Of a DNA stretch of 64,000 bases, positions 1-14,976 are shown piece after piece. Source of the stretch: Phoronis australis (lineage: Eukaryota; Animalia; Phoronida); the NCBI GenBank assembly GCA_002633005.1, contig NMRA01000400.1:344476-408475 (forward strand), read 5' to 3'. Positions within the stretch are counted from its first letter, which is position 1. The number at the start of each line of letters is the position of its first letter. The notes under the pieces are model-generated. The model searched no databases. It was not told the origin of the DNA and saw nothing but the letters and a program-made list of their open reading frames with translations. The position numbers and the translations under genes were made by a program.

Positions 1-199
1 ACTGAAACGTTAGAATTCTAACTGAATCCTTTTAATGAGGCAAGAAAGAAGGCTATCCTCTTAATTCAGTGACTGTTTACGTGAAGCAGCTTCATTATTT
101 AGATTGTCATCAAGAGCTAAAGGTATGCCACAATTCCCAAGGATGTCACTCGCATGTCACCGTGCGAATCTATGGATAAAGTATTAATTAGTGACTTAC

Positions 200-311
200 A
201 TGACGGTGTTGATTCCAGCTAGCTGTTGCAGCATTTGAAGACTGCATCCTATTATAAGCGCCCTTCGCACGGCGGGAATTTTAAACATCTGTATGCAGAT
301 GGGAGCGTGAG
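200..311 (-). CDS. SLC2A13: SLC2A13-like coding exon 5 (TM7); gene continues left of the window
   Basis: ttttcag acceptor; (S)HAPICIQMFKIPAVRRALIIGCSLQMLQQLAGINTVM with the QQLxGIN motif; AT|gtaagt donor. Confidence 0.9.
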
Positions 312-2198
312 CTGAAAAGTGTTCACGGAAGTTTTACACAATATGAATGAAAAAATAACCGAGAAAAGTTTATCTGGGTCCATGTCCACCAGCTGGAGAC
401 TCGACCTGTAAAGTGACAAATCGCGTGTCACAGTTCGAGTAATTTTCCACGTTCAAGTTATGTACATGTAACAGTACAATTTCCAGATGGATTGAAAGCG
501 ATTACGTCACACCTCTAGCAACTGCTCCAAACTGGAGACAAACGATGTGGCGTTAGCCTACTTTTGAACTAGCATATTTGTTCAAACAGGCAAAAGAAAA
601 ACAACTTTTCAAATTACGAGGCTCATTTCACAGCATCTGTGAGCCATACAGATTAGGGCATTGACCACATGTGCTTTAAAACAGAACTAAACGTGATTTT
701 CCAGTTGCTTGTTTTGATCTTAAGTAATTTCCAGTTTAGAAGTGACAAGCGTTAGAGCCAAGACGACGGAATCTCACAGACGATTCTTGTAAGTTGACGC
801 CACATGATCCGTTCCAGTTGCAATGCCTTTCATGTCAGTCAACATTGTTGACACGTAATAACGCATTCTCATTGCACAGATGCTTGAACTTTTATCTAGT
901 TGTCTCGCTCTCAGATAGGCTGTTTTATATATCTGAGTCTCGCTCAATGATGCTTAAATATGTGGTCTCACCTAAGGGCAGTTAATCTAACGTATGTAAC
1001 TAAGCCGCTCCTCTGTAAGAAAATGCCTAACTAGGTAGGCGTCGCTAGCATCAGAATAAAATCGCCTTGCACTTGATAATTTACTTGCGCAAACTGCGGC
1101 TCCAAAAACCTCATCGATTTCTTGAACACTTTATAAAATTAGTGTCATTCTGAAGACAAAAAGGGGAAGTAGAGTGTTTTGCATCAAAAACTCTAGCTTA
1201 CTTTGATTTATCAAAACCTTAAAGCGCAAGTGAAATTAAACACTATGGAAACAACACGCGCACATGATAAGCAAGACACGTCCATACTGTAAGCCAAATT
1301 TAAAGACACGTTCTAACGGTATTTCAATTTAAATCATCAAATTATAACCAAATTATAACCAGTACGTCGTGGAAAGAGAACAATCATTTCTGTTGTGTGA
1401 TTAACAACGTTTAACTACTGCAGACAGTAGATATTTCCATTGCTACTCCAATTACCGTAATTATTCTCCATTAACGACATTTGCAGCAAAACTGCATATT
1501 GATAGTCCTCCTAAACTTAAAAGTAACATACTTATTTAGCGGTGATTCGTTCTGAGTGGCTGATCCCTTTGCATTGGAATATCGATCATGCAAGGCAGGC
1601 ACAAAAATAAAATGCATTTCCTGCAGATAATTGTTAATCTAATTTGACCTTTAATGAAGGATGACGACCATTAACATTCAGTTTTTGTTCTTTCCGGACT
1701 AGCAGGATTTGCACTCGTAAAATGTTCTTTATCAAAATACAACCCCCATTGGAAAAATGGGGAATTAATCTGGTAGTTCTCCAAAATACAAGTTAACGAT
1801 AAAATATAAGAATTAAATATTAATGGTAAGTGTAAAGGAATGTCGCTGTTTTGTTGTGATCTACGTCATCAAAAGGCAATTTATCTACTTTATTACGTCA
1901 AATTGTAACCATTTTCGAAATCAAACGTTTCCGTATTTCTTTGAATCGAAACTACTCCCCTACAAGTACACGTTATAGCACTTTCAATCAATCTTACCGA
2001 AACATCCTAACATGCTTTTATCTTGTAAGATATACAATTCTAGTGATTTCACAAACACGTCCATGAAAAAACGAAGAGCTTCAAATGACACGCTCAATAT
2101 CTTTCTCCGCAAAACATTTGATGTCGGTGATTTTAATGTGATCACGTTTCAAAATCCTAACCTGTGATTACCGAGACGTTAAAAACTATTGTTTTCTT

Positions 2199-2457
2199 CA
2201 TGCGCGCACCCAGCGTTTAATAAGGGGGTGTCGAATCTCTGACAAAATGGACCTTTTCCTAACAAAAAGCGTGAGGACTAAAAAAACCGGGGTACCAACT
2301 TCAGGTCTGTGAACTGTGCGTTTGCGCCTTTTTGGTGTTTTGGTGGACATTTGTCTCACTTTCTCGGACTTATTGTTTTTACCCACTTCGCCAAATGGTG
2401 GTGGTGGGGGGGGGGTCGTTCGAGTCCCCCGAGCCCCCCCTCCTGGGTTCGCGCATG
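2199..2457. mobile_element. MITE with 5-bp TSD
   Basis: Termini CATGCGCGCACCCAG ... CTGGGTTCGCGCATG, flanked by TTCTT on both sides (2194-2198, 2458-2462). Confidence 0.8.
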
Positions 2458-2663
2458 TTCTTTGCCCATACTTTTTCGTAACAATTTCAAGGAATTCCAT
2501 TCCTTCATATATACTTAGTATCTGACCCCAGCCTTATTTCAGATACGTTAACATTTATACAACATTTGAAACTGGTGCTGGCTCAACAACGTTTTCAGTA
2601 TTGTCTCCAGATGCACCTTAACAAGGAGGTTCCAAAGGTGAATGGTACTTTAAAAATGCTTAC

Positions 2664-2760
2664 ACCTGGCTTCCATTTCTTGTTTATCTTGAAGTATACT
2701 TTGACGCATGTGCTCAAACTCTTCTCCGACGTCCTCGTGACCTCTGAGTTTCTCTAGAAC
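2664..2760 (-). CDS. SLC2A13: SLC2A13-like coding exon 4 (central cytoplasmic loop)
   Basis: ttttctgatag acceptor; VLEKLRGHEDVGEEFEHMRQSILQDKQEMEAR; T|gtaagc donor, phase 1. Too short for the ORF track. Confidence 0.85.
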
Positions 2761-3029
2761 CTATCAGAAAAGGACATTAATATTCCGAGTTGCAGACGTT
2801 TTTAAAGTGGCTGCAAGCCTGGCATGTTCGAAATGATGGTGTCAAAACAGTCAGCATGACGACGGTTGTGTAGATGATGACGTTGATTGATAACTGGAGT
2901 ATCTATAATGTATTCCGGCAGCGACGATGAAGAGGATAATGTGATTATGGCGGAGGATCTGGTGTTACTTCTAATTTGTTCTTGTCTTTTTTTACAAGAC
3001 AAGATGATTCTACTTGCCTTTGCGCTTTA

Positions 3030-3230
3030 ACTATGACGATGATGACGATGGTTATCGTTGTGATGATTGTGAAAGTGAAGATGATGTTGGCGCTGCAGAT
3101 GGTGACCATGATCACGGTGAAGATGAAGGAGATGATGGTAACGATAGTGATGATGATACAGTAGTGACCACAGCGATAGTGACAAATCCGATTTGAAGAT
3201 AATGTAAACGATCACGACTACGGTGACGAT
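3030..3230. repeat. Degenerate (GAT)n microsatellite
   Basis: GAT/GAC/GGT triplet runs; explains the spurious Asp-, Met- and His-rich ORFs here. Confidence 0.8.
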
Positions 3231-3516
3231 TCCAAGACTGTTGCAAATAGGCCTAGGCCTCCAATCTTTACTTTCCGAAAGTATGTTCCTTCACCGAGTT
3301 AAAGCATGTACTTTGTAGGTTTTTGGCTAAATGCAAAGAGTTGTCGATGAGGCCTTGCATAACCTTAACGCTCGAAATGTTTACGCTCGTCGTTTTACGA
3401 GCGTGTTAGTCGAACGTAATTTACGTGCCTATAAGTTTTTTAGAGCTCACATGACCTGCATCCTAATGGAGCCTATTTGTTGTTGTTCTTTTACCAAACC
3501 CAATGCATTGCGGTAC

Positions 3517-3631
3517 CTTTTTAGCCTTGTCTTCTTTAGCATGGATGATTAACCATCTAGGACTCTCAGGCAAGAAGATGAATGCTATGAACTGGATTAC
3601 AGCCGGGATAGCACCGATACCAAGCATGATC
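3517..3631 (-). CDS. SLC2A13: SLC2A13-like coding exon 3
   Basis: ttacag acceptor; [27 protein letters not shown] (PESPRWL motif); AAG|gtaccg donor, phase 0. Confidence 0.88.
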
Positions 3632-4563
3632 CTGTAATAGCAAAGCGGTGATGGAAGAATGTGCGATATTACCGTGACAAGTACATGTAGATGCAGTGCT
3701 TCACACAACCATTTAGCCACAGCAAGTTTGTAGGCCCAGGGTTTATCCACTTTTAAACAAACTAGAATTACCAACAAAATGGAAATTACATTGGACTAAA
3801 GACAGATGTATGTATTTTTGTTGACCCCGTTTATGGTTTGTGAGTTGTAGGCGCGTTGGTATGACAACATAAGTACATGTACACAAGAAAAAGAACAACA
3901 TATGCTTCATAAATTATGAAACTTAAGACTCAAAACCTATAGTCACTCAAAATAAGAATTGCTGTCGAGTACAGTTTTAGCACAAAGGTTTGAGCTGTGT
4001 AAGCATGAAATGTCAGAGTAGAAAAAGGCATAGACGCGCCATGCACGCCGATTATCCGTTGGGTTAGCGAAATAAAAAGAGACAAAATAACACATTGTAA
4101 TAAATGAAAACAGATACTTACACTCATAATATAAGGAAACCATACAACACAGATCTAAAATAAATAAATAAATGAGTACGACACTTAACAACACCAATCA
4201 TAGACGTTGCTCAATAAGCGCTCACGTGCCAGTATTGCTCCCCATGAGCGATAGTTTTCTAAATGTTCTCCATGGTCGAGTTTCAATTTCCCACCCTGTT
4301 TATTTTAAAAAGGCAAAGTTCAGTAGGACGTTTTCGTTTTTTAAATCTAAAAAAAGATGGCAAATAGATTTCGAACGAATGTTAGAAAGGTAATTGTTAT
4401 CCTGATGTTTTCATTTCTAGGCTACCTCCTTGTTGTAATACTATAGATCATTACAGACTCTGGCGCTGTACGTGCACAGGCTAGATAACTCTACAGGGCA
4501 ACACATGGTCACATCGTGTGTCCAGATTTTAAGAACAGGTAGGCGGTTTGTTTTAAAACTTAC

Positions 4564-4720
4564 CGCCATCCGTCCAGGTAAAAACTGAAAGTGCCGCTCA
4601 TGATGTTAGCAAAAAACTGACCCCCCGCGATCATTATCACATCAGCAGTAACCAGGCGCCCTCTTGCGTGTGCAGGTGCAATCTCAGCGATGTACATAGG
4701 CACGGTGCAGGACACAAAAC
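4564..4720 (-). CDS. SLC2A13: SLC2A13-like coding exon 2
   Basis: tttcag acceptor, gtaag donor; (G)FVSCTVPMYIAEIAPAHARGRLVT...GGQFFA...DGWR; phase 1 in, phase 2 out, matching its neighbours. Confidence 0.92.
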
Positions 4721-6824
4721 CTGAAATAGATTTGATGAATAAACAAGTTGCAAAATCACTTAATGCCGTGTAGGTGAAATCATTGGAGCACAACACGCTA
4801 TTGTTTGCATTATTTACAAAATCAAATTTTGTGTGACATGGTTGGCTAAACACTGAACATAAGTAAACATATGCACGTGCGGTAGCTTATATCTACACAC
4901 TAATCTTAATGATCCTCTTTATGAGTCATTTTAGTTAAAAAATTACCGTACAAAATATTGGGAAATCAAATTCTCAAACGAAAACTGTTCAACATGAAAT
5001 AATTTTTATGTCGTCCCTTGTGCTTCCATAATCAGGAGAAATCAATAGACAGTGTGTAGCGTATTTTAAGGAGAAACACTTTTACCCAGAATAAATAGAA
5101 ACTTTAAAGCTATATTGAATGCTAATTTTGTTACAAACCATTTGGCAGATCGCGTTTCAAGTGTCACGAAACTTGAGTCCTCAGACAACTCGGGTCAACA
5201 GTTCTTCTTTTCTAGGATTATGTAATGGTTGGAGCTAATGCGTGTGACTTTCGGGCGTAATAAACCACTTCATTCTAGTTTTTACCTTAATTTGAAATTT
5301 GAACCGCCAAAGCAGCGCCCAACGTACCTTTAAATTTTAATTTTCAACGCAGAAATTTGTTACTGCAAATGTTGCACAGCACTCTAAGGTTTAAAAACAA
5401 TGTTCACTTGAAACCACTGCAATAATCACCTATGTAAAATAAGGCAATACGCCTAATGATGGAGATCTCGTGCCCAACGGTTTCCACACTGATGTAATTT
5501 TAATGAGGCACAGTGACATTCCATTTACAAATCGCATTTCAACACAGGTAGCAGAGTATTCATTGCCTGTTGTACAGAACTAAAAGCTATTGTTGTTTAA
5601 ACCGAGTTATATTGAACGCTACACCGAGGGATCAGGAAATAGCCTTCAACGTAAGAGCGAACGAGAATGAAGCGGTATATCAAGCCAAAAATAACACATT
5701 GTGAGCTCCATTCCGATTTCAGTACAACAATAGAAAACTAAAAGTGTTAGCTAGCCTTATTTCACGACTCGATTTTTTGTGAGCGTCGCAAAATTAAATG
5801 GAAACATTTGACATTAGCCATTGTTTGAAACGGATGTCCCAAGATGATTGTAATATGATTTAAATATCGCTCAATACTCTGGAGCATCGCGTGAAAACAA
5901 TGGTCGTCCTTAATAGACGAACTCACAAATACCTTCTTCATGTCTTTGCGTAGGCCGCAAGTGAGTTGAGGTTTAGCCGCAGTCGGGCGTGTCTTATATG
6001 ATGCGTGCGATGAAAAAACACTTAGTGAAATTCACCGTGGCCAGTGTGGCAAGCAAGTGATAGAATTATTGTAGCGTTACAGAATACCAACACGACAAAA
6101 CAGTTCTCGGGGGAGTGAGAAAAAACAAAAACGTTCCTGACGTCAGGCCTAGATGTACTCTGTAGTGCACGCCCCTGTGGGTACGTGTTTCCTAATTCGG
6201 AAGATTGTTAAAAAAGTCAAATTATTAAATTTCATCGGTTGTCTGCGCGTTGGTGATTTTCCATGTCATGGTGAGGCATTCATCACGAATTGTCATGTGG
6301 TCCATAATCCTGCAATCATCCATTTATTGTTCCAGACTTTCCGAAAATAAGGCCATGGGTAATATTTGGAGGCACTCTACATAGGAACATCTCCGACAAC
6401 TTCACTGATTTTTTTCTCAAAGCTTCTAATTGATATGTAAACGAATGTATACGAGTTATGCGTATATCATACACTCGATGATGATTGTAAGATAACACAA
6501 GTGTGGTCCTTCATTAAACATTGCACAAAACCTAAAAATCGTTTTCGTTCGTGTGCATGAAAAGCGCGTGTCAACAGAAGTGTGGGATTTTCACAATTTG
6601 ATGTTTCCACATCTATTCAAGGAAGATATACATCGCGCAGTGCACTGCCGGTTGATCTAGGACATAGTAAGCGGGTGGAAGCAATCACAATTTTCGACAG
6701 TGTTTTTTGTTGGCTGAATGAAAAACGGGGATCCGTCTTTGCAATAGAATAAAAATTACACGTTGATTGACGTTATGCCGATAGTTCATAATGATGGCAC
6801 TTGTTTTGTTATAAAAAAGACCAG

Positions 6825-7220
6825 GGCCCGGTCTCTAATCTTTGTACTCGAAACGAACTCGAAACTATTTTTGGCAATTTCTCTGCTCCTTTTGTGCGAA
6901 CTTAAGATAATTGGTTATCAGACTGTGCTCGAATACATTATAGTTTATGCATAGGAGTTTCTAGTTCAAGTTTGCCCTTGAAGACAATAATATTCGCGCT
7001 ACAAACTCGAGTAAAAACTCGAAATTTCGAGTTCAAACTCGAATTTATTGCTTTAATATTGGGTTTACAAACTGTGAACTAAGGGCAATAAATTATCTAC
7101 GTAAGTTATGGTGTACTCGAGCATAGAATAATAGACACTTATCTTGAGTCAAAAGTTGAGTAGAAAATGCCAAACCTAATTTCGAGTTCCATTTTGAGTA
7201 AAAAAACTGAAGACCGGGCC
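6825..7220. mobile_element. MITE, PIF/Harbinger-related (CAG TSD), copy 1
   Basis: TIR GGCCCGGTCT...AGACCGGGCC with CAG on both sides; near-identical inverted copy at 31511-31911. Confidence 0.85.
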
Positions 7221-7950
7221 CAGAATTTGTTGCTTGACAGTGATTTGTTGGATTGGAACATGCGTTCAGTAAACCCCATACCTCCTGTCAAAATACAACT
7301 TTTGATTAAAGCGACTTTCAATTATAAAATCGGTCTCATCTTGCTGTGCTCGAGTACAACCGACGGTTCGTCAATGCTGGTTCAGATCACGCCAAGTTGC
7401 TGTCATGGCGTTTTGCCACCGAAATATTGTGTTCATATGGGGAATTTCGAGCGTTTTATTGTTACCAATTTACATTTCAAGGAAAGAATAAGAACGCGAA
7501 GCCGTTGCTTAGGAAGAGTAATACAGTAAGTTTGTCAAGAAATTTGTTTTCGATACAAAGCATGTTCCACTTGAGATTTTTGGGAGGTAGGCTTAACATC
7601 AGAGCCAAAACCACAAATTGTTCGTACGGATGTTGATCAGCGAAACCACTGGAGGAAACCGAAAGCAGAGAGCATATGCAGATGCCACCTATTTTACGTA
7701 ATATGATCTGTAATACACAAGGGCGTGGTCTGTAGGCTAAGCTTTAATGAGCAGTGTTTGCAATGCGGGGGCGAATAACACTGTTGAAGCAAAAGGAGGG
7801 CTTCATACGACCCGTTTCGTTGTGAATGTTCCGAACCCTCGACCCACTAAACTAAAGCCGCATCGTTTGGAAAGCACTTGTTTCGTGCATCACAGAACAA
7901 GCAATAAGCATTTCGTTAAATCAAAGTTACTTCAGATCCTTGTTTTGTCA

Positions 7951-8126
7951 ATTGACCTATCGTCAGGATTTTGAGTGACAGCTTAACTGACCAACCAGAA
8001 CGCGGCATTCTTGACACACTTTCGTTTCCAAGCCGCCATTTTACCCGGTAAACAACACGTTGTCAGGTAAAACTTATTGTTTGTTTGTCGACTTTTCGCA
8101 AGGGTGCGGAGCTTGTGATAGGTCAT
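7951..8126. mobile_element. ~175 bp non-autonomous element with short inverted termini, copy 1
   Basis: Ends ATTGACCTATCG...TGATAGGTCAT; diverged inverted copy at 15403-15578. Confidence 0.75.
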
Positions 8127-11100
8127 TTGGTGTCAAGCAACTAGTAAGGCTTATTTTCAAGCACTAACAACCTGCCACTTCTTTCAAAGTCCAGAAATCC
8201 CATCCAGTTTGATTACGGAACGGTTTGATAAAAACTTCGTACCGGCAAGTGGTCTAAATCAGAATTTGGTTTTTGTAAGGGAACGCAGGTTTAAAGCTGT
8301 TTTTGTTTACATATATCAACATATCTTTAAAAGTTCAAAATCCCAGATTTCCTGGTGATAGACTATCATGTAAAGCCACGACAAAGTAAGCACTGAGACA
8401 ACATGCTGTTTGGGAGAGCGTTTGTAGACTTATATGCACCGTAGGCCTACTTACGTTCCTTGGCCAACCGCAAAACCGTCACCAAAGTGCTTTTATTGGA
8501 AGTAAATTTAAAACAGTCTATTCATACTGTACACACTTTTGTGTGTCACTTCATAATTAAGATATCTCATACTGTGAATCCTGTAAGTCAGCAGATCCTA
8601 ATGAGAATATTCATGTGGTAACGTTAGTCGAAGCCTGGAGTTACCCGGACATACGCTCTTCCGGGAATCTGGGCACAAGTTTTTGTTTCCCATCACTCGA
8701 TGCAAATAAGTACATGTACCAAGTTTTGATAGAGGGTGCTTATCGAATATGGGTCACCTCAGTACGGATACTTCGATCGTAATGGCAGGCAATCATGGAG
8801 TTGATTAAGAAAGCTACTAGTACCATTTGCGCAAACTGAGAAACGAGAACAATCCGGTAGTAGGCCTACATCGGAAGTGTAACGGCATGCGCAATGACAC
8901 TAACGCCAGTTATTTTGACATATATCGCTTATGCATCGTGTATTCTTTCGATTCCCCATTCACCTGCCTTGAATTGTGGGAAGAACGCAAGGTGCCCAAA
9001 GGTTTATCATGGGTCAGGCGCAGCGGTTATCCCGAGCAGCCTCGCAGCCCCAACTGAAACCCAGCATTGACCAGATCCTATTTTAATTCAAAATAGAAAC
9101 AAGGAATCAGATAGCTTCAGTCCAAGTAACTAACTGCCAGATTACGAAGCAGACCTACGCCTGCGTGACGCTGTCTTTATTTCAGATTAGACTGTGTACG
9201 GGGCCCACAATCCTAGTGTGTTCTAGGCTGTGCACACAGCGATTTTGGCTAAAGACAATGCCGCTGGTTGGTGCATATTTCGATTCCATGACTCTTTAGT
9301 TTGACCAAGCGCAAGAGGTGCTATTAAGCGGCAAGTGTTCTTTTAAGTTTGGCTAGTAAGTACTTATACAGCTATTAAGTGCTCCAATGACGAAGGACTG
9401 GGCGACTCGGACAAACTCGCTGTACATTTATCTTTAATTAAGTCGAGCAGGTGATATGTTTGCATTCCTAAAATAATGTCTGGCAGTCGCAATATCAAAT
9501 GTAGCATTGGGAACTATGACTGAAATGAGAACTGCGAGAAACATGGGAATTCGATTTAATCACCGAGTTAATTAAAGTGGTGTTGTTTTTTGCAAACATC
9601 AATATGAGATTATCGTGTGAGCGCGTATATACACTGCGCATCACGGTATTGCATAGCCGCGGTGTTTACACAATCAATTGAATAAACAGTTTGTCGTGTA
9701 TGTTATATTAACGAGTGGGTGTCTAAACATATAGACAGACATTCGAACTCCCTGTATGTGTATCTGACCAGTTTTAGACTTTTGTAACACGTGCAGCACC
9801 ACATCTGAATGAATTGTCCTCGTATTGACGATTGTGAGACGCAGTTTAGAAGGGAACTTTCTGACACAAGGTGGCAGACATACGTGTCTATTCAACCTGA
9901 TCACAGTAAAAAGGTTTCTTAGCTGTTTCGCGTAATGAACCTCTGTCCCCATCAAATAACGTTAAAACGTATTTTTGTTTTTAAAATGTCTCTTCCATTC
10001 TTACCGAAGCTAAAAAGTTAACTGGCGGGCATTAGGCTGTCTTATACCTGAAGCCCTCGGGTAAAAAATCGGACGTAGCCCAATTGGTGTTGGCTTCGAC
10101 CCAATCAAAATAGTTAAAAGCTTGCCAATATTTCTAAAAAGCCGTTGGAATTCTGAATATTCAGTTTTCATCGAAGCCAACACAGAGGTACGATTTAAAA
10201 CGGAAGATCAAAATTGCATGTTCTATTATGCTTTACACTATTTTGACAGAAGCTTCTCTTCCCCCAGACGTTTCACAATTTGACGGCAGTTTACATTCCT
10301 CCAACCAGGTATTGCACCCTTGTTGCGATTGGTGTCTACTCTAGTGCGCGAAATAACCATAAAATTGCCCCAATTACGGCACTATCCAGAATTTACCCGC
10401 CACCCAAATTAAATAGGCGTACATGTACATGGTTGTGTATTCGGCAGTTTCGTACCCCATGGCTCAAAAGCCGGTGGCTGCGTTAGGCCTTCGCGGATGT
10501 CCGATATCGATACCCTTACATAAATGGGTGGATATTCATATGTTGACCAGATAAAAGGTAACTGGCAAATAACACACGTTAAGGAACCCAACAAACGTTA
10601 CCGTTGAATGTACTGCGATTATGAAAATCGCAAACTGGAATACAGCCGATAATCGCGCTCACTTGCCATCAGCTAATGGTGCTCAAATACCAGTCACATG
10701 CCGATTTCAACACTTCTCTTTTTTGCGGAAATTGGCCTGTGTTTTTAGACGGACAATTGCAAATGACTCACGGAACCATTCGGTTTGCCTATTGCAACCC
10801 AATCTGTAAAATTATAGCTTTACTAACTTTAGAATGATGATGTGAAGCGGTGACAGGCACAGCAGCAGCAAACGCAAGTGATACAAGTGCTCCCCGCTGG
10901 ATTTACAGCATTACGGGTAAACACCACAGAGTTACGTTGAATGCGGTAAATCGAGATGTACTTTTTGTAGGTATGTAATGCTTCCTCAAGTTCCAAGATT
11001 GTCGTTTCAAACTCTAGCTTGTAGAATACTCGTCCATCGGAAGTGGTGACAACAATTTTAGGAAACCAGCACGAAAACAACAGTGGAACAGATCCTGACA

Positions 11101-11519
11101 TTAAACTCCAACGCAGAAACAAAATGACAGGGAATTCTGAACCCCCTAAACATCACTTCCGCAACAAGTTATGGCTAATTAATTAAATTGCAGGAAGCCA
11201 TAATTAACTGAAAAATTATGTCTGGGATAACCAACGAACCTTACTTTTTGCTAAAATGACATGAAAAAGGTTGCTTTCTCTTTTAACTCAAGGAACATTT
11301 CTGTAATCGACTTTACTAGGATAAGACTTTCATTAGTTCCAACCTGAGACCAGTTAGTCTGATTCCATGAACGGCTGTTTGACAGCGACTTTCAAATCGT
11401 CTGTATTCTTGAGTGATGGCGAGACGTCTAAAAATCTCCAGTCTTTCGAGTTCGGAAGAAGTAATATCGCTTTAATTATTTTCGAATCCAGTGATTCGTT
11501 AACGGAAACGACTGTAGAG

Positions 11520-11760
11520 ATGTAGTGATGATATCAATGGAGATGTTGGTGACGGCAGTAATATCGATGATGAAGATGAAGAAGATGGAAATAATGGTAG
11601 CGAGAATGAGGGAGAGAGTAAATAGAATGGTGATGACGATGTGGGTAATAATGGTGGTTGTTATGATAATGTTGATGATGAAGACGATGATGACGTTAGT
11701 TATGGTGATTATGACGATTGCGATTAGGACAATAGAATTGGAAGTCATGGTGTCAGTAAT
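11520..11760. repeat. Degenerate (GAT)n microsatellite
   Basis: GAT/GGT/AAT triplet runs; produces spurious Ile/Thr-rich and Met/Val-rich ORFs. Confidence 0.8.
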
Positions 11761-14700
11761 GATTTGTGGTCGTAGTGACCAGACTGTAGATTTTCAGTTT
11801 CACTATGTAAGTCAGCTGCAGGCCTCGCGGGATGAATACTCGAATTAATCACTTACATTAGAAGCAACCGGAATTCAGAAGTGAGACACTGATGCGGTGC
11901 ATAAGGAATATATGAGTCACTTGGGAAATTTTCCTGCGTGTTTGTCTGCTGAGATAATTCTGCATTAGACAAATTGAGGTCTCATTATTGACCAACTCGT
12001 CGTGTTCCTAGATTTCAGGTTATCTAAGATCGCATTAAGGCAGAGCAAAAATCACCAAAGGGACTTGTTCATTGATGCTCAAGGAACCGATGTAATCTTA
12101 TTGTTCTGAAAATTTCCTTCAACTTCGTAACAACTTGTCATTCTTGTCCAGGGTATAATTTCTAGAACTCTGGGTTTATCATGACAACTTCTCACCTAAG
12201 ACACATTTTGCCAACTCAAAACTGATTGCTGCCATTCTATGCAGGTACACAACTGAGGATACAGTGTAATCCGAATTGGTTATCAAGGCTTAGCGATCCA
12301 AATAGCGACCGCATTGGAGATAGTTATATACGACCACGTCAGATCCCTCTTTGTCTAGCTGGAGTCGGTTAGACGACCGGTCGTCGACTCGTGGGCGAAC
12401 GGTCGGATGAAGCTCAGGATGTTTGTTTTAACTCCTGTTTGAATCAAAACCTAGAACATTTATACTGTCCATTTGAAAAATTCTACGACCGTGATATTTC
12501 TGAAAAACATTAGTGCCCCCATTTCTGTTCCTATTTCTTGTTGTGTTGCTAGAGAATCATTCTTATTTGTATTCAGATTACTAGTATTTAATCACCCCTT
12601 TGTATCGGAAGTTTATCACATATGACCAGTTTTCGAGTTCGCAAATTAAAGATCAATTCAAGACAAGATTTGGTCAAGTGCAGGGTGATAAACGAGTGCA
12701 TGGAGTAAGTGCCATACGCGCAAGACACTTGCGACAAAAATCTTGGTTTGTGGTTTGCAAATAGCGCGGCGTTTCACTTGTACAGCTTACTCTCAAAATT
12801 CAACATTCCGGCCTCGTCGACCAATCAATCCAGTGACGGCCATTTTGTAAGGTCTCGAGCTAACTCACGCGTGACTTTGCGGGATTTTTGCGATCTCATT
12901 TTTCTTCCAAAAATGCTACATGAAGCGCAGCTTAAGTGCCAAAAGCAACGGATTTTGAATTAAAATTGGTTACTTTAAAATGCCTGGAATTCCTCTGACG
13001 CCCATACTGCTTCGGCGTCTAAAACCACGCCGTGACAAGCAAGTTAATGAGCTTGGTCAAAACTAATAACGAACTGTCAGTTGTTTACAAACCAAAAATA
13101 TCTCTATTATAGTAAGGAATGAGATGAGAACGAGTACAGCAAGCGATCTAAATGAAATTTACCTTCCTGACTGAAGGCCTGCACTTTTAAATCTGGATGC
13201 TACATTCATATTTTCAAATTATAAGCGTAAATGACCCAAGCGTCGTTAATTAGGTCTAAGTGGTAAGAAGCATAGGCATCGCCATGGGTCAAGCGGAAAT
13301 AGTAAATTTCAAACTGGAATATATCAAGTTAACGATAGCGAATTTTCCACTGGAGCATGAAAGCCGTATTTAAAAATAACCAAATAAAGCAAAAGGTTCC
13401 GCTAGAAAACATGAACCAAAAAATAACAGAATTTGGTGCTGTATTATTGGAAGTATTATCTTTCTATTCTCAATTTCTGGGAAAGCACAGGCAAAAACAG
13501 AAAGGAAATTTTCTTCTTGAGTGTTTGTTATGCGCCCGCAGCTAGAAATATCTCGTTTCGGTATCTCGTCATAGTTTTTTCCAAATCAGGCATATTGTGT
13601 CGTGTTGTGCTTGCCTATTGAAATACGCATCCTTATTGCATGACCAGACAACGTGTAGTCATTATTAAATTCCAGCTCCGGAAAATTGTCAGTTTGACGT
13701 AATCAATGTCAGCAATGATTTCTCGTGGCAAGTGTTAAGTTCATTGCTCTACCCGGGCGGCGGCGCAAAATAGTTTAATGATCGTCGAGAATTAAGGGGT
13801 CCAGGAAGTAGGGATAGCGAGCCCCTTCGAGCTCCAATGTTTCTGCTTTTCTGTGATGAAGAATTTGAATACTATCACTCTCCACTGTCAGTAAACTTTG
13901 AAAACAATACACATTTAACATTTGGATATCAATTGTTTTTTCATTTATATTACAAGCAGCGTGCCAGGATATTGCGAAAAGGGTTAGACCTACCAGATGT
14001 AATAACTTTTGCTTAATACTTAATATGAAAAAGCGGGACAGTTTTTGAAATCAAAAGGACATAATTGGCGAGAAAAGTAGTTTTCTGAAATCCGCCTCAG
14101 CGCGGAATCGAACTTGGAAATCCCGCGGTCAAAGCCTAACAGCTGCTGGCGTAGCTAAAACTAATCGTAGAATGTTTTAAACTTCTCTAACTAGTAAAGT
14201 CACCAGCTGTGATTTCAACGAATATCTGGCAAACAACAACGACAATTGGCAAATTGAAGTAGAATCACAGAACACATCAAGTTTTACTGTCCTATAGCTC
14301 TGGTCGAACCAAATAATTCTATCCCATACAACAACAATATCAAAATGCATTTTTCAGCCGTATAATCGATAACACCCCCTTGAGGGAGTAGTAGTAGTGC
14401 CAACAGCCCAATATTATTTCATGTTCCCTACCAATGATCGACCTAATGTCGGACCACTAAGCTCTCCAGACTGCACTCGAACTGTGGCTGGTATGTGTTA
14501 CCCTTAAATTCCAAGTTTCTTTAATACCTTCATAAATAAATAAATAAATGAAACAATTCATTTTTAGAATGTGAAACACCGAGTTATCATTCAAACAAAC
14601 CGAGGCTGTGATTGCTAGTTCTAAGTACTTTTACTTCCTTGGACTTTTGCAGTGTATATGAGAAATCGATGATGTTGTAATAGATCGAGTTTATTGTATA

Positions 14701-14976
14701 TCTTGCAGCATTTACAAATTTACCACTACTAAAAGCAATCGATAACAACTATAAATTGACAGTCAGAAACGTCTCCTTTAAAGGAATGATTGACTATACT
14801 TTGTGAATCGTCAGACGGAAAGCTCATAGAGAAATGATAGCCATCCCACATCATCCGGTCAGTCACGTGTCTCAGAAGCACCGCGTTCTCACGGTATACA
14901 ACGGACTTCAGGGTGCCATGAACTCGTAATGTTTGGGTATGCAAAGAACTAGCAGCTAGTTGATGCAGGAAACCAG

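Noticed and set aside
2540-2620. Possible extra transporter exon after exon 4
   Set aside because: Exon 4 (phase 1) joins 311-200 in frame and gives the expected TM7 sequence without it.
2976-3215. Asp-, His- and Met-rich ORFs
   Set aside because: Translations of a (GAT)n microsatellite within an intron.
11476-11848. Hydrophobic Ile/Thr-rich and Met-rich ORFs resembling membrane proteins
   Set aside because: Artefacts of a degenerate triplet repeat.
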